Notes under the pieces: generated by a model
Told to the model about the DNA's origin: nothing
The model's database searches: none
Seen by the model: only the letters and a program-made list of their open reading frames with translations
NCBI GenBank assembly: GCA_905178155.1
Contig: CAJINV010000005.1
Location: forward strand, 1,800,054 to 1,864,053
DNA length: 64,000 nt
Origin: Amoebophrya sp. A120
Taxonomy: Eukaryota > Protista > Dinoflagellata
Reading direction: 5' to 3'
Program-made: the position numbers and the translations under genes
Shown: in pieces, positions 24,501-37,100 of the stretch
How the letters are laid out: each line of letters begins with the position of its first letter
Numbering within the stretch: position 1 is the first letter of the stretch

Positions 24501-27500
24501 TATTATCTGCGAGTAAGAGTTCTTTGCTGGTGGCTTCTTGTACTTGTTCGGCTGTAGTTCTACTCAACATCGTCCTACCGGCCGCCAGCTCTTGCTGGTG
24601 GTCCGGCCGACAAATCACGAGTCGCGGGACCCCGTCCGGCGGCCGCGCGCGGTGGTGGTGCGCGGGCCATCCGTACGCTTTCCGGAGCCGGTTCAGCTGC
24701 GCCACCGCCTCGCCTTGGAAAAACTGCTCCAGAACTACCGTGGCGTCTGCTGCTGAATGTGGTGGTGTTCTTGTCGTACTAGTCGTCGTGTCTAAAAGTA
24801 CCGAAGATGCACCTCTTGGAGCAGTCCACGCAATTGCATTTGCATCTGGCGCCACGACATCCGGATTTATTATTTCACCAGTGTCGCAGTCCTCGCTGCT
24901 TCCGCGACCACGCCTGTGTTGAAGATGCTCAGTATTGTACTCCTCGAGCGTGTTGTGGCCTTTCGCAAACACCTTGCGCACGTAAGCGAGAAACGTCTCG
25001 GTGGCGGGTGGACAGACGAAACAGAAGTGATTCTCATCGAAAGATTGAGCCCCGTAAGGATCTTCACGATCGCAACTACGTTGTAGTGCAACAGCTGCCC
25101 CAACGTCCGCTACAGCTTCAACTAACGTTTCTCGCACAACTTTCGTCTTTCCCGTACGGAGGCAGCGAAGCTGGAGTAAGCGTGGGAGAAATTGTGGTAC
25201 TAGTTGATCAACACTCACTGCTTTGTCTGTCCCTGTCCCGCGTCTACTTGACGCTGGAAGTCGTCGCGGTACATCGCGGCCCGTCCGATTTTGTTTTTGA
25301 TTTGCTTTGTAGTTTCCGCAACTAGTACTCGTACTTGCTCCCAGCCAGGACTGCTCTGTTCCCGTAGTTTGACGTTCTGCTAGTACACGACCCGCATCAG
25401 CAGGAGCGTTGTTGCAAGAATCAAGCACGTCGTGCAAGGGGCTGCAGGGCCGGCTTGAGGGACCCCGGGGGTCCGTGCCAGACAGAAAACTGTCCTTCGT
25501 GTTGCGTCGGGAGGAAGAGGATGCTCCAGACAGCGAAAAATCTAGCTGGTTGTCGTCGCTCTGAGGTGCTGGCGGGTGTTGAACTTGGTCTTGTAGTAAC
25601 TGGCCCTCTTCAACATGCTCAACAACAGGATCATCTACTTCCGCATCCGCTAGTACAACTTCTTGTGGAGCCAACAAATGACTTTCCTCCACGGGGAGGA
25701 CCCGGCTAGTACTTCTACAGGTTGATCTTCGTCCTCGACGAACTGGTTGTAGTACCTGCTGGGTACCTTTCTCCTGCTCTCCTTCCCCCTGTCGTGATGA
25801 AGAACGTATTGCAGTTGTAGATGGTGCTCCTTTAGTTGTATTCTGGCCGTTTTCAGCCCGAGCAGAATTTTCCTCAGGTTGCACGTTCTCCTGCCCAACT
25901 TCTGTTGTTGATGTTGTTGAAGATAAAAATTCTGGCTCTGTTCTCTCAGCCATGTTTTCATCATCGTCACCTCTGTAGGAGTAGGAAAGCAGAACTTCCT
26001 CATGGTGGTCGACGGATTGAGGTTGACGTTCTTGAGCCGGGTGGAAATTGCTGGTCCTGGTGTTCCTTGTCTGCATAGCAGAAAAGGAGGAGGAGGACGA
26101 GCTGCCACTCGCTTCTGGTTCTGGCTCTGTGTCTGCTCCAAAATGATTTCCCTCCGCTCGCTGTGGCAAGGCAGGCACGTGGTCACCCTCCGTCAAAATC
26201 TGACAGACCTCCCACAATGCTGATTGTGTCTGCGATGACGACGTTATTGATGGCGTATTGCTATTAGCGCCTGCCGCTTGGTGCTGATCACGACCGTTAC
26301 TTGGATGCGGGACGGTAGAAGACAAGGAGCTCTCACGCAACAAAAGTGCGGATTTGTGGTGGTCATGGTTTGTTGGGCTCATCTTCTGGCTCATTTTTGC
26401 TTTTCTACTTCTAGTTTCTTCATCCGGCCTCTTACACAACAAACGAAAACGCACAATCGACCCAGGGCGCAACTCATCCCTGGGAAAGACGAGAGTAGTA
26501 CGCAGCGGAGAAGTTCTCGTCCCAGCAGGTGCAGGAAGATGTGAAAAAGTTGCCATGTAATCTGGGCGGGCTCTCGCACGTCCGCCGACATCTTCAGCCC
26601 GCTCCATTGTGCTGGAGCCTGCGCCCGGGTGATGATTTTCAATTGAGGAACTGGAGGAACTAGAACTTGATGATGACGAACTGCTACTGGTACTTCCGCC
26701 GCTAGTTGTGCCGAGCCCACCACGCGTAGGCGTGCGCCTACTACTTGCTCTGCTAGTCGTACAAGTAGCTTCTTGCTGTTGCTGCAACTGCTGCAGCTCT
26801 TCCGGACTGCCCACAGTATCTGTTGCGCTAGAAGCACCACCACCAACAGTGGTAGCAGATGCAGATGCAGACCCACTACTACTGCTACTACTTCCCCGGA
26901 CCTTCAAGAACTGCTGAAAAAGCGGATTTCCCCGGCGCACGCGGCACTTCTTCGCGTCGCGTTGCGCATGCAGTTGCAACACTTTCGACACAAACATGTG
27001 CAGGTCGAAATGACAGTTGGACGTATTCGTTGCACTAGTACAACCTTTCTTGGTGGTACTGTTTATAATCTCGGCACTAGAACTAGTTTCTTGTTGCTCG
27101 AAGAATTCCACAAATTCCCCGTACACCACCGCGGTCTTCGCGTTCGTTTCGTTGTACAATCTTTGCAGGGGCAGAAAACTACTGCGACCACTTCCTGCGT
27201 CGTTGATGCTTGTCGCGTTCGACATCACAAAGTCTTCTGGATCCGCGCACCGATCCCACTCGCCCTCGGGCACCCGGCTCACCGTCGGCGCGTCGTTGCT
27301 GTACAGCCACGCGTAGTAGTTTTCCTCGAAATTCAGCTTCCACGCCCCGCTCCAGAAAATCACCGCCCCAGTAGCAGCGTTGCGGTACACCGGCCGCTCG
27401 CGGTACCGCAGCTCGTAGTACCGCAGGTTCTTGTTGCCACTCGAAGAACTACTCGCCGCCGTGCTGTACTTGAAGGTTACTGGCAAGTCGTACTGGTCCG

Positions 27501-30500
27501 GGCCCGGCCATTTCGCGAGCTCCTCGCTGCTGGCCACAACCGGGCGATACCACCCGTTGCACAACGAATGCCGGTAATCCCCGTAGCACCCGTCCACGAG
27601 AACCGCACTGCGCAGCCAGTCCTGCAGGTTCGGGAAAGTAGATGGCAGCTGCGGTCGTGTTCTTGGCGGCGAAGAGTTTGATTTGCCGTGCTGTTGTTTT
27701 TCTTGCCGGAAAATTCTCGATGTTGTTTCAGCACCAGCAAGGTCGACGTTTTGATTCTGGCGAACAGCTGATGCTGCTGTTTCTTCGTCGTCCAATATAA
27801 TCCCGATCTTGCTTGATCCAGGAGATTCTGGTGGATCCTCTCGACGTCCCGCAGCCGCGGTCTCCGCCAAAAAGGAGTTTGATGTTGTCGTCCTGGCGCT
27901 AAAGAACAAGTCCGAAGCTTTCACGACAACTTTCTCCCCACACCACCGGTGGTCAAAAGGCTGGGGGCGGCTCCGGCTCACGGTCGTCCGTCGCAGAGCA
28001 GTCGTGTTGTTTGGGGTTTTGGAGGAAGAGGTAGAGGAGGAAGAGGGTTGCATCAGGACACTTGATGTTGTTTTCGCAGCAGTCGTGGTTGTGCTGCTCG
28101 TGCTCTTGCAAGAACTCTTGTTGCTACTTCTATACCAGTTCGCACTTGATGATGTTGTTGCCGTACCGCTACTACTGCTTGCGCTACTGGTACTGCCTGG
28201 CCTAGTACAACTGCTTGCGTTATTTCCATTCCTCCGGCCCGGCGAGGCAGCCGCGAACAAAACTGGTGCCTTTTTCACTGCGCCCTGCGGAGAACCTTCC
28301 AACACCGGGGGACATGAGTCGTTGCGCGGGAGGAGTTTGCTGCTTTTTATTTTGTTGTTGACACTATTCCGCAAGTAGGACCTGGAATTATCCGGGGGGG
28401 CTTGTGCGTGAGGCTGCTCTTCGTCGTGCTGTGACACTACGGGTATTGTGGTCCTGCCAATCGCTCGCTTGTGACCTGGTCTATTAGGTGAATCACCCGC
28501 GCCGCTCCCCGGCGGGACGAAACAACCGGACGATGTCTTTTTTGATGAACAAGACGAGGGGGCCAAATTCATTCTTTGACCGCAGCTGTCGCTGAACGCA
28601 TTGGCGTTTTTCCTGGCTGATTTCAGCAGCATGCTCTTGAGATACCCGGCCTGTGCCTTGTCGACTATCAACTCGTACGAACGGACGACATGCTGAAGAC
28701 GCGGTTGAGCAGGATGCGTAGAGTGGCTTTTGTGGTCACGACCGAAAGATGAACCTGGTTCATCTTGCCGATGAAACCCATGACCGTGTAATTCTACTTC
28801 GCCACCACAGGACGAACTGGCGCTATGAAAATCCTCCTCGGCCGGTACTTTCACTATGCCCGCTTTACGCACGATTGCAACGACAGACAGCACTGTAGTA
28901 GTAGTTCCTCTGTTGTAGTTGTTCACTCTGCAAGTACCGTTTGAGACATGATCCTCGCCTGGTTTTACTGGCAGAAGATGCGCCCTTTCATCAAAATCTT
29001 GTTCTTGTTCTGGAATAGTAGTACGTCGCACGATGATCCGTTGCCCCGGGAAGAGCGGCCCGTGGACAAAAACTTCGTCCCAAGTGAGCGGAAACGTCCA
29101 GCCGGCCGCGGCGAGAAAGCGCTCCACTTCGAGGACTTTCGCCTCGAAGTTGTCATCGTCACGACTTCCAGAAAAATGCAGGGGGTGTCGCGCGAGAAAA
29201 GTTGCCGCAATCGCTTCGCTTAAAGTTCGTTTTTCTACAAGTTGCATCGGCGCTTGGTCCTCCACTTCCTCGCGGTGGTAGTTGTTCTCGGGCACCTTCA
29301 AGAAAGATGGAGCTTGCTTTTCCGACGAGCTGCTGCTGCTACAGCTCTTGGTTTGATGTTCCTTCGCATTCGTAAAAAACATCCGCAGCCACTCCTCTGG
29401 CTGGTCAAAAAACTTCTCTAGTGCGGTTTTTTGAAAGACAAGGGCACTGCGCGTCCCGCGTGACTTTTGTATGTCAGCATGCGAAAGCATATTCTCGCGT
29501 AGTAGTTCCCTCTGGTCCGAAGACGAGGAACCAGAGGACGCGGAGGTGGAGCTGCTGCATTTTGTACTACTGCTAGACGATGAAGAGGAGGAAGAGGAGG
29601 ATAAAGTGGCCGAGGAACTCGCTGAACTACAACCCGACTTTGTTAGTACTGTTGTAATCCCGGTGTTTGATGAAGAACTGCTGGCTCCTGCATCTGCAAA
29701 TCCCGGGTTTGCTATTTCTGGTCCCCGCTGCGAAGGAGGTGAACAAGCTACTACAGATGTTCTTCTTGCTACAACAGGAGTTACTACTTCCTTCACCACG
29801 AAGCCCGTGCCCACGTGTCGCTTTGCCAGCCAGCAGGTAACGCCCTCCGTGTTCAGAACGCGGATGTTGTCGTCCAGGTCTTCTTCCACGATCACAGCTC
29901 TATCGTACTTGTGCAGCGGCCCGGCGTCCTGCAGGACCAAAATCTCCCGGGGCGGGGGTCTGCGGCCTTGGTGCGGATTATCGACGTGGAAATGCTGTAA
30001 AACGTGGCTGTCGCGTGGTCCATCACCTCTCGTCGCATGTAGTTCACAAGAACCGTCACCTACCACCTCCAGTTCTTCCAAATATCCGCGCCACTGCTGC
30101 TGCGACGGAAAGGCGACGATGACCCGGTTGCCCTGCAATTTCGTTACGACCCCCACCTCATCGTAGGAAACGGAGCCCAGCCCGCGCAACGGGCGGTGCA
30201 GCGCGGTGATCTGCTGGCCGGTGACGGTGTTGGAAACCCTATAGCGGAAGAAGCTTTCGCGCAGACGCACAAATTCCTGCACCCTGATGCGTTTCGTTTC
30301 GTGCTCGAAGCAGTCCAGGTCAATCTCCAACTCTGTTTTGTTCACGCTCATCGGCACATTGTGCACGAACCGCCGGTCCTTGCTGTGGTTGCAGAACTCC
30401 ACTGCAACTTGGTGCGGTTGTATCGAAGAAAAAAACACCATCACAATCACACTTAGGGGGTTTTGCATCAGAGATTTTTCTTGCATGACAATTTTTTTTG

Positions 30501-33318
30501 GTATTGCAAAAACATAAGGGAAATCCCGGAGAAATTTTGACTGTGATGCATTTTTGCGCACGACAAAAAATTTTGTACTATTGCAAAAACGTGCAATAGT
30601 GACTGTGATGGTGTTTTTTTCTTGAATAGGTTGCTGCTTGGGCAGGATGCGGCCGACGATGACGCCGGTGGGTTCCTCGATGAAACCGCGTACGAAGCCG
30701 GCGCCCTCGCGAACGTGCCGGACGCGCATGTGAAGCTGCAGAGGCGCCGGTGGTCCTCGGGCTGCTGGGTTACGAGCAGCAGTTGTACTAGGAGGTGGGA
30801 GATCATTTTTTGCTCCTTCTGCGACCATAGAAGCAGGTGATCGCGACCGGGCAGTATCTAGTCCTCCGCTGCCGTTGACAAAAAGAAGCTCATTCTTGGG
30901 TGTTGAAGCGGGACAAGCAAGTTGTTGACCATCAGCAGTTCCAGTTCCAACATGTTCACGATCCGCATAATTCAAAAGCCGCTGGTGGGCAGATGCCCCC
31001 AAAGAAGAACTAGCTGTTCCGTGGTCTTGTTCATCTTCAACTACGCGCAATTCCTTGAACAGTTTGTAGGCGTCGCCGGAGTGGGTTAAGCGCAAAGGGC
31101 AAAATGCACCAGTAGCAGAAAAGTCAGCAGTGGTTGATGTACAGCTGCCGTACAGTCCCGCCCCGGCACCAGGGAGTTCATTCACTACAACTTCTTGTGC
31201 TGCAACTTGCTGCTGCTCCAAGTACATCTCTTCCACGTCTTGCCAAAACAGACCCTTGTGGTACGCTATCAAATGTAAAAACGTCTGGGTCTGGAAGATT
31301 CTGAGACTTGTCATGCATGTTTTGCATTGGCCATGATGTCTGTGATGCATGCCCTAGCATCACAGATCTTTTGAGGGTTTCGCGATGCCTATTCCGCATT
31401 ACAAATGCCCTTTCCGCGTAGCAAAAATTGCGTTCCCTTTGCTGCTCATGCAATGCAGATTTTTTTAGAATCCAAAATCAGCATGACAAGTTGGATTCTT
31501 CCAGACCCAGACATTTTTACAGTTCATATACGCGTGCTCCTCCGTGTCCATGCCGTATTCCAGGTGCAAAACGATTTTTGCCGGGCAGTCTCCCTCAAAA
31601 ACGTGTTTCGAAGCCAACACTTTCGACTTGGTGGTGTCTGATGTGCTGTTATTTTTCTTATCGTTCATTTTCATCCGGGAAGTTGCTGTTTTTGAAGATG
31701 AAGATGCCGAAGTAGAGGAAGACGGCTGGAATAAACTGTGCTCCTGATTCTGTGGAGCTTGATCTACCACACCATCATATACATCGTCTAAATTGCTGGG
31801 AGGCCCTGCTCGCCCCCTCGGATGAACAAGGACAGCTCTCGAAGATGTTCTCTTATCCGAGCTTGAGCCACTACTTCCGTTTCGATTTCTCTTCCTCGAA
31901 ACCGCACTGGGAAAAGGACCCGTGCCATCTGTTTCGGCGGGTAGGAGATCGGGAAGTTGTACATGGTGGTTCACCCCGCTGCTCGAAAAGGACGTGGGCA
32001 ACACACCTCCCGATGAATTCGACGTGGACGACGTCCCTGTCAACTTTTTCCAAAGTTTCGCGAGGCAGCACTGCTTCGCGCGGGGCGACGGAGGGGAAAT
32101 TGGAAAAGCGCCAGCATGCGAATGATCAGGCAATCTACTTCGCTGGCTTCGGTTTGATGGTCGTGCAGCTTCGTCGTCCGCGTCGGCTCGATGCACTCTT
32201 GAATGAGCACGTCCTCGTCCGGAACCGCTTTCTTGGACCTCTGTCTCGTCCAACTTTACGCAGCATCCCTTCGACGAGCAGCAAAAAACTCGTGTAGAGG
32301 AAGAGGAGGCTCCTGTCCGAGGATCAGTTTCCTCTTTATTCGCGCGGGGGAACCAGCAAGATGAACCACAACATCGGTAACAAGCAGACCATGATCTTGA
32401 AGTTGTTGCTCTTGCATCGTTTGTTCCACCATCTTCTCCCTTCGCTCCGGATGTCCCACAGCAAGAAGAACTACACCAGCAAGAAGTGCTTGCAGTTACC
32501 CGGCGCTTGTTCTTACCACAGCAAAAAAGCGTCGAAGACAAGCAATTCGGACTACACGAAAATGAACGCAATTTGTTTTCCAGTGCGTAGGTCTTCCGGA
32601 ACCCGACCCGCGTCCCAAACACCGGCGAAAGCACGATTCTGGTCCAGCCGCAGACCTTCCGGCTGTCGGCGTTGAGGATGGAGCGAAAATTGCATTTGGA
32701 CTTCGAGTAATACAGAATCACGCCGAGTTCCGCGGGCTCGCGGTCGTAAACCAGTTGGAACCTCTCGTTAAACTTGATTTTCCGAGTACGAGGTTTTATC
32801 TGCTTTTGCGTTCGAAGATGTTCTTGATCACGCTTGCTCCTTCTGTCGCACGAGGACGACCCCGGCAGCTGGTGCACCTCTTTCTGCCAATTATTCCTGT
32901 CAGTGGAGGACAGAAGATCTTCACGAGGAATGGTGTACAACTGACGTTCATTCTGATTCTTGACCGGTCTTCTCCTACCTCTGCGAGAAGCCCGTTCATA
33001 TTGCGTACAGTCGTGGTTTATTTCGGGAAGATGGTGCAGCGCCCCTGGTCGTGTTCTTGCATGAGAATCTCGTTCCTGCACTTGTTGTTCATACCGATGT
33101 CCAACATCTTGTGCAGGCCCGACTCCAGCTGTACTAGTTGCAGCTCCGCGTCCTACCCGTTGCTTTTCGGTTTGAAAGACCCGGTTGGCAAGAACCAGCT
33201 CGCACCAGACGTCCGTGCCAAGGAGGTTCTTCGTGAAAATGTGCTCCGGAAAATACACGCTGCGGACCTCGACGCGAAGCAGCCGCCCGTTCTCGCCCGG
33301 TGGGGACACTTGGAGCAT
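18594..33318 (-). CDS. Large HECT E3 ubiquitin ligase with N-terminal C2 domain and a Mind-bomb/KEG-type SH3-like repeat; ~11 introns
   Basis: C2: LLRVEVRSV..DVWCELVL..FNERFQL. SH3-like: SVSYDEVGVVT..VIVAFPSQQQWRGYLEELEVV. HECT rebuilt across introns: GDSGVDWGALTKGW..ELFQPESGLF; YEFVGR-FLAYAVY..LPLFFYK; IDFE-FAQSLRKIL; VTFENREEYV; GL-TALRRGFLDV; FTEHERLQTIEFWLG..VPAGGF; LPAAHVCFHRLDVPYY (catalytic Cys); KLRLAI..stop 18594. Confidence 0.9.
19359..19651. mobile_element. TIR introner in HECT C-lobe
   Basis: Left end aatggtgctgaaaactgcgcag vs reverse complement of right end tatcgtggcgaaaagtgcgcag; flanks tcggg/tgagg; core+5 removal gives LYLVFL-NHFTEHER. Confidence 0.75.
19984..21700. mobile_element. 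Composite/nested ~1.7-kb intronic insertion in HECT domain
   Basis: TAT..ATA ends with flanks ggacg/gcagg; core+5 removal gives LLHGKPC-SCSKSLIAWSEK. An internal ~50-bp inverted repeat (20101-20151 vs ~21363-21413) encloses a GC-rich block. Outer boundaries uncertain. Confidence 0.5.
21815..22068. mobile_element. TIR introner, family D
   Basis: Left end tatgctctgcaaaattatcg vs reverse complement of right end tatgcatttcaaatgtatcg; perfect TSD gtcag; removal gives SCQNGL-TALRRGF. Confidence 0.88.
22606..22842. mobile_element. TIR introner, family B-related
   Basis: Ends tatccaagaaaaaaa / tttcttttttcgata; flanks ctgcc/ccacc; removal gives LDWDEV-ADGNLEDTLCLDFS. Confidence 0.8.
22890..23182. 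mobile_element. TIR introner (TATCCTGAGTAAAA)
   Basis: Left end tatcctgagtaaaagcgt vs reverse complement of right end tatcctgagtaaaaacgt; perfect TSD actcg; removal gives SIDFE-FAQSLRKIL. Confidence 0.92.
23468..23777. mobile_element. TIR introner (TATGG..TGTCAGGATCGAAAT)
   Basis: 37-bp TIR: left tatgggagtgtcaggatcgaaatcgacaaaatcgaaa vs reverse complement of right tatggaactgtcaggatcgaaattgtcaaaatcgaaa; perfect TSD ccggc; removal gives YEFVGR-FLAYAVY. Confidence 0.93.
23944..24227. mobile_element. Degenerate TIR introner, family A-related
   Basis: Left tatcccaagg..aaaagtgtctcagtctcgaaa; right cagacacaggttttgtctttcgata; flanks acgat/acgcc; joins the 2432-aa ORF to ORF 23709..23921 in frame. 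Confidence 0.75.
30421..30628. mobile_element. TIR introner, family B, hidden in frame inside the 2432-aa ORF
   Basis: Ends tatcgaagaaaaaaacaccatcacaatcac / gtgactgtgatggtgtttttttcttgaata; perfect TSD ggttg; 208+5=213 nt with no in-frame stop. Confidence 0.92.
31267..31528. mobile_element. TIR introner, family A
   Basis: Ends tatcaaatgtaaaaacgtctgggtctggaaga / tcttccagacccagacatttttacagttcata; perfect TSD tacgc; removal fuses the C2 ORF to the 2432-aa ORF (TEEHAY-HKGLFW). Confidence 0.93.
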
Positions 33319-33614
33319 GCGAGAAGGAACCTGCGATCAAAAACGGAAGATCAAGGAATCTAGCAAGAGGACATGAAGAAAACAAGCGAAAGCCAAAAAG
33401 TCAAAAAGTTGTGATACATGCTTGATAGAAGAGGCGCGTAAACGAAAGTAAGCAGTGTAATTCGGCGGAAGCACAAATAAAATCACAAACGACACAACGA
33501 CAACACAAATATTTGTACACATACAGAGCAATTATGCGGTACTTTTTTACACACGAAAACAACTACGGTTGTGTTTCAGAGAATCGACAATTTCCACGAT
33601 TCTAGCAAGTGTTG

Positions 33615-33748
33615 TGTTGACAACCAAAACGAATACGAAATGATTTGTTTCATTAAACCAGAAATAATTTCTTTGTTTCATTCAGTGATTTGTTTGTTGA
33701 CAACCAAAACGAAGACGTATCATTCTCAGAAATGATTTGTTTCATTAA
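33615..33748. repeat. Intergenic bipartite direct repeat
   Basis: tgttgacaaccaaaacgaa at 33615 and 33695; gaaatgatttgtttcattaa at 33637 and 33729. Confidence 0.85.
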
Positions 33749-34138
33749 GGTCGCGGTCACCGTCGCGCTATGATATATGATAATTTTCGCGAAAACAAAA
33801 TGCACGAACAGTCTTCGGACGCTTTCAGTTGAACACGCTCTTCAGGGCTCTTGCTCTTCGAGGCTGCAGGTGGGTCCGGGTCAGCGCCTTTTTCATGACT
33901 TTTTGGAGGCAGGAAAAATCGATCCAGTGCCTGTTTGGTGATCATCAGTTCTAGAAAAGCCAAGCTTGCGCTTGCTGTCGGGAGCAGTGAAGTAGCTACC
34001 GAGAGTTGCACGCCTTTCTTGGAATTTTGATTTCGATTGGATTCTCGCGAGCTGATTTCTTAATCCGAGTACGTCTGCGGACGACGGTAGAAAAACCTTT
34101 TGCTGTCTAGCTGCGATAGGCCCGAAAGCAGAAAAAAA

Positions 34139-37100
34139 TCACGCACACAGCATCCTCAGCAGCTCCAAACTGTGGCCCAGCGTGAGTGCTTCCGGGAAGT
34201 GATCACGAAACACCAAGTCCTGTTCCAAGTCCGTGTCTGCGTATTCCAGAAAGACCTTCAGACTCTCCCCAGCATCGTACTTCGTTTCCGGGTCCGACAG
34301 CGGTCCGCACAACAAATCCCTTAATACTCCCTGGTACCGATCGCGCAAAACTTGCTTCAACGTTTGCCGGGAGGTTGAGGACGATCCGCCGGCGCTTCCG
34401 CTCACGTCAGGAGCGTCACTTCTGCCAACATCTCCATCGTCTAAGAAACTACCGGAACTCATTCTCATCGGAGCACGTGGGGTCGCATTGGCCGCGTTCG
34501 GTGTGGCTTTCGGACTACCCATAGGAGACCTGGATGGCAGTAGGGAAGGAGCGAAAACGCGCGAACTGCTTGTCCGACTGGGCACGCCACGGGACGTCGC
34601 GCCAGAGCCGCTGGAAAGCGTCTTCTCGAGCCTGTCACCGGAAGCAGAAACACTCCCTCTGCGACCACCGCGAAACGGCGCATCAAGAATTGCAACGACT
34701 ACCTCCGGCACCGGCTGACGGTAGCGGTCGTGGACTTTCGGCAAGAACTTCAAAGACGCCCCTTCTCCGGTGCCGATCGTCTCGAGCGCTAAATACAACG
34801 CACCTAGATGGCGCAGCTGCACGTCGGAAAGAATCAGCATATGCTCCGCGTCTGCCCAAGTGGAAGACTGATCGAACTGCCCTGGCAGCGACTCCCGCAA
34901 ATATTCCCGCAGCGAGGTATCCGCCTCCGCCTTCGCGCCAGCCCCAAAGACGACCAAGGATTGAATCACCCGCTCCACCAACACGGTCAACTGCCGATGG
35001 CGTTCGCGGCAATTGCTGATGTCGTCCTCCAACCCTTTTTGCACCGTGAAGGGTAAGACGCCGGACTGTGGGACGACACGTTGGAGAACGCCGAGACTGC
35101 CACGGGCGCGAAGCTCGCCGCGGTAGAGAAATTGCCGGACCATGACTTGGATGCGAGAGATGTTTTTACGAAAAATGACACGGCGCTTGATGGCAGACTG
35201 AAACTCGAGCAGCAGCCTGTGGATGCCTATGCTTGAGCTTGCGGCTGTGCCGCTACTCTCACCTGATGCAGTTCTTTCTTTCGCGTCAGCTTCAGCACAC
35301 TCCTCCTCCTCTCCGAAGAACTCGTGCAATAGCGGTAGAAAATCGTTCACCCGATCGTAGTGAATCAACCGGCGCCGCACGTCGTCACACGGCGTCTCCA
35401 GATGCAGTTCCAGCACCGAGCGTGTGTCTATGATGCTGCTATCGCTGCTGTCGTTAGCCCCAAGACCACGTGTACCAACACCATTATCCCCCGCAACCAG
35501 CTCTTCGAGCAACTCGTTGTTGGTTCGACCGAAAAAGTCCAATAACCTCAGAACGCACAATCCGCTCGGGTCGACGGCGCGCTCTTGTGGTGGCTGCGAA
35601 GGGAGACCGAACACGATCGGGCTGTCCGGCCGTAATTTTTCCCCGTCGATGCTGACGACCTGATTTCCATCACTATCCGTGGCGAGGAACGGGTTTCGCT
35701 GACACTCGTGCAGGGTCTGTAGCCAGGGAAGCCCTTCGTTGAAAGCACGGAGAAACCGGGCTAACTTCAGCTTCCGGCCCGGAGTGATAGCGGCCGCGCG
35801 CATCGGCGTCCGATAGGCTTCCTCGCGAGAAATCAAATGTGATGTCGCCGCCGATGCAGGCTTCTCATTTTTCCGGGAAGACGATGAAGACGCAGCTTTG
35901 CTTCTACTACCCACAAAAATGGCCCCCGTGGCTTCCCCGAGAGGTGACTCGCCGTCTTCCTCCGACGAAACGCTATCCGTAGATCTCTTCGGTCCAGGAA
36001 GCGCCGCACGAGCTCTCGTTTTTTCACCGGAGTCATTCCTTCCGTCGTAATCAGAAAACAACACCTGTGTCCAATCTAAAATGTCCGCTGCGAATTTACA
36101 AAGATGCAGCCTCGACTCCAACCGCAAGAAGCGCATCAGAAAATCACACTTCTCAGTGAGGAAATTGGGCGACGCCGCTGGAATTATCTGCGCCAAAAAC
36201 CTCTCCAGCGAAATCGGCTCACGAAGTGTGAGAAGCAGCGGCAAAGTGGTGCTAAAATCGTTCGAAGTCGAACTCGAAGCTGCGGAGCGTGACGGCGGAT
36301 TAAAGCTCTGCGAAGCTACTTCTTTTTCTCCCCCCGAGACCAGCCTCCCAACTATCCCATCCCCAAACGCCTGTCGTATTGCCGTCTCAAATATCACTGC
36401 GCCCTCCCCTGTTTCTTCCCCACCAAAAGCAATCCTCCGCGCTCTCTCAGCCTCCTCCGCCCAACATACCCGCATCTCCAACGCCACCCTCGCAACACTC
36501 TCCTCGAACCGCAGCATCGACTGCATGTCAGGAAAGCTCCCTCGCGACTGTGCAATCACCGGGTCCAATTTCAACAGCAGAACGTGCAAAAAAAGAGAAA
36601 AGTCTTGGTCCGATAACGCAGAGTGCAGTTTCGCGCTCAACTCCGTTCTGCACGCTTCCCAACTATGAGCAATGTGATTTAAAAGTTGTTTCTCCCCAAC
36701 CTTCTTTTGCCCTTGCCCTTGCCCGCCACCACCTCTCACCAACATCCGCACATACTGCTCGTTTCCAAACACCTCAGAATGCAGCAACAAACATACGTGC
36801 AACAGCAGCCGATGCAGATTTATCGCCGCCGCATCCACTGCCCGCGAGCCGGACCTCGCGCGGAAGGTGAAAAACCGCTGCTGTACGACCTCGGAAGCGG
36901 GACTCACACGAGGATCGTGTACATCTAGGACGTACCCAGGCGTCTCTAGCATCGAGGTCATCTCGTTCGGTCTCCCCAAGCGCGTCTGCTGCCCAGTAAC
37001 CGCGTGGTCTAGCCCCCCGATAGTTTCTCCGCACTGGGAACACTTCGACTTCTGCATCGGCATGCCGCAATTCCCGACCGTGTACAAATGCCCATTCGGG

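Noticed and set aside
31862-31870. cttgagcca as a dinoflagellate spliced-leader relic
   Set aside because: Only 9 nt match and it lies inside coding sequence; no convincing SL relic was seen upstream of any gene.
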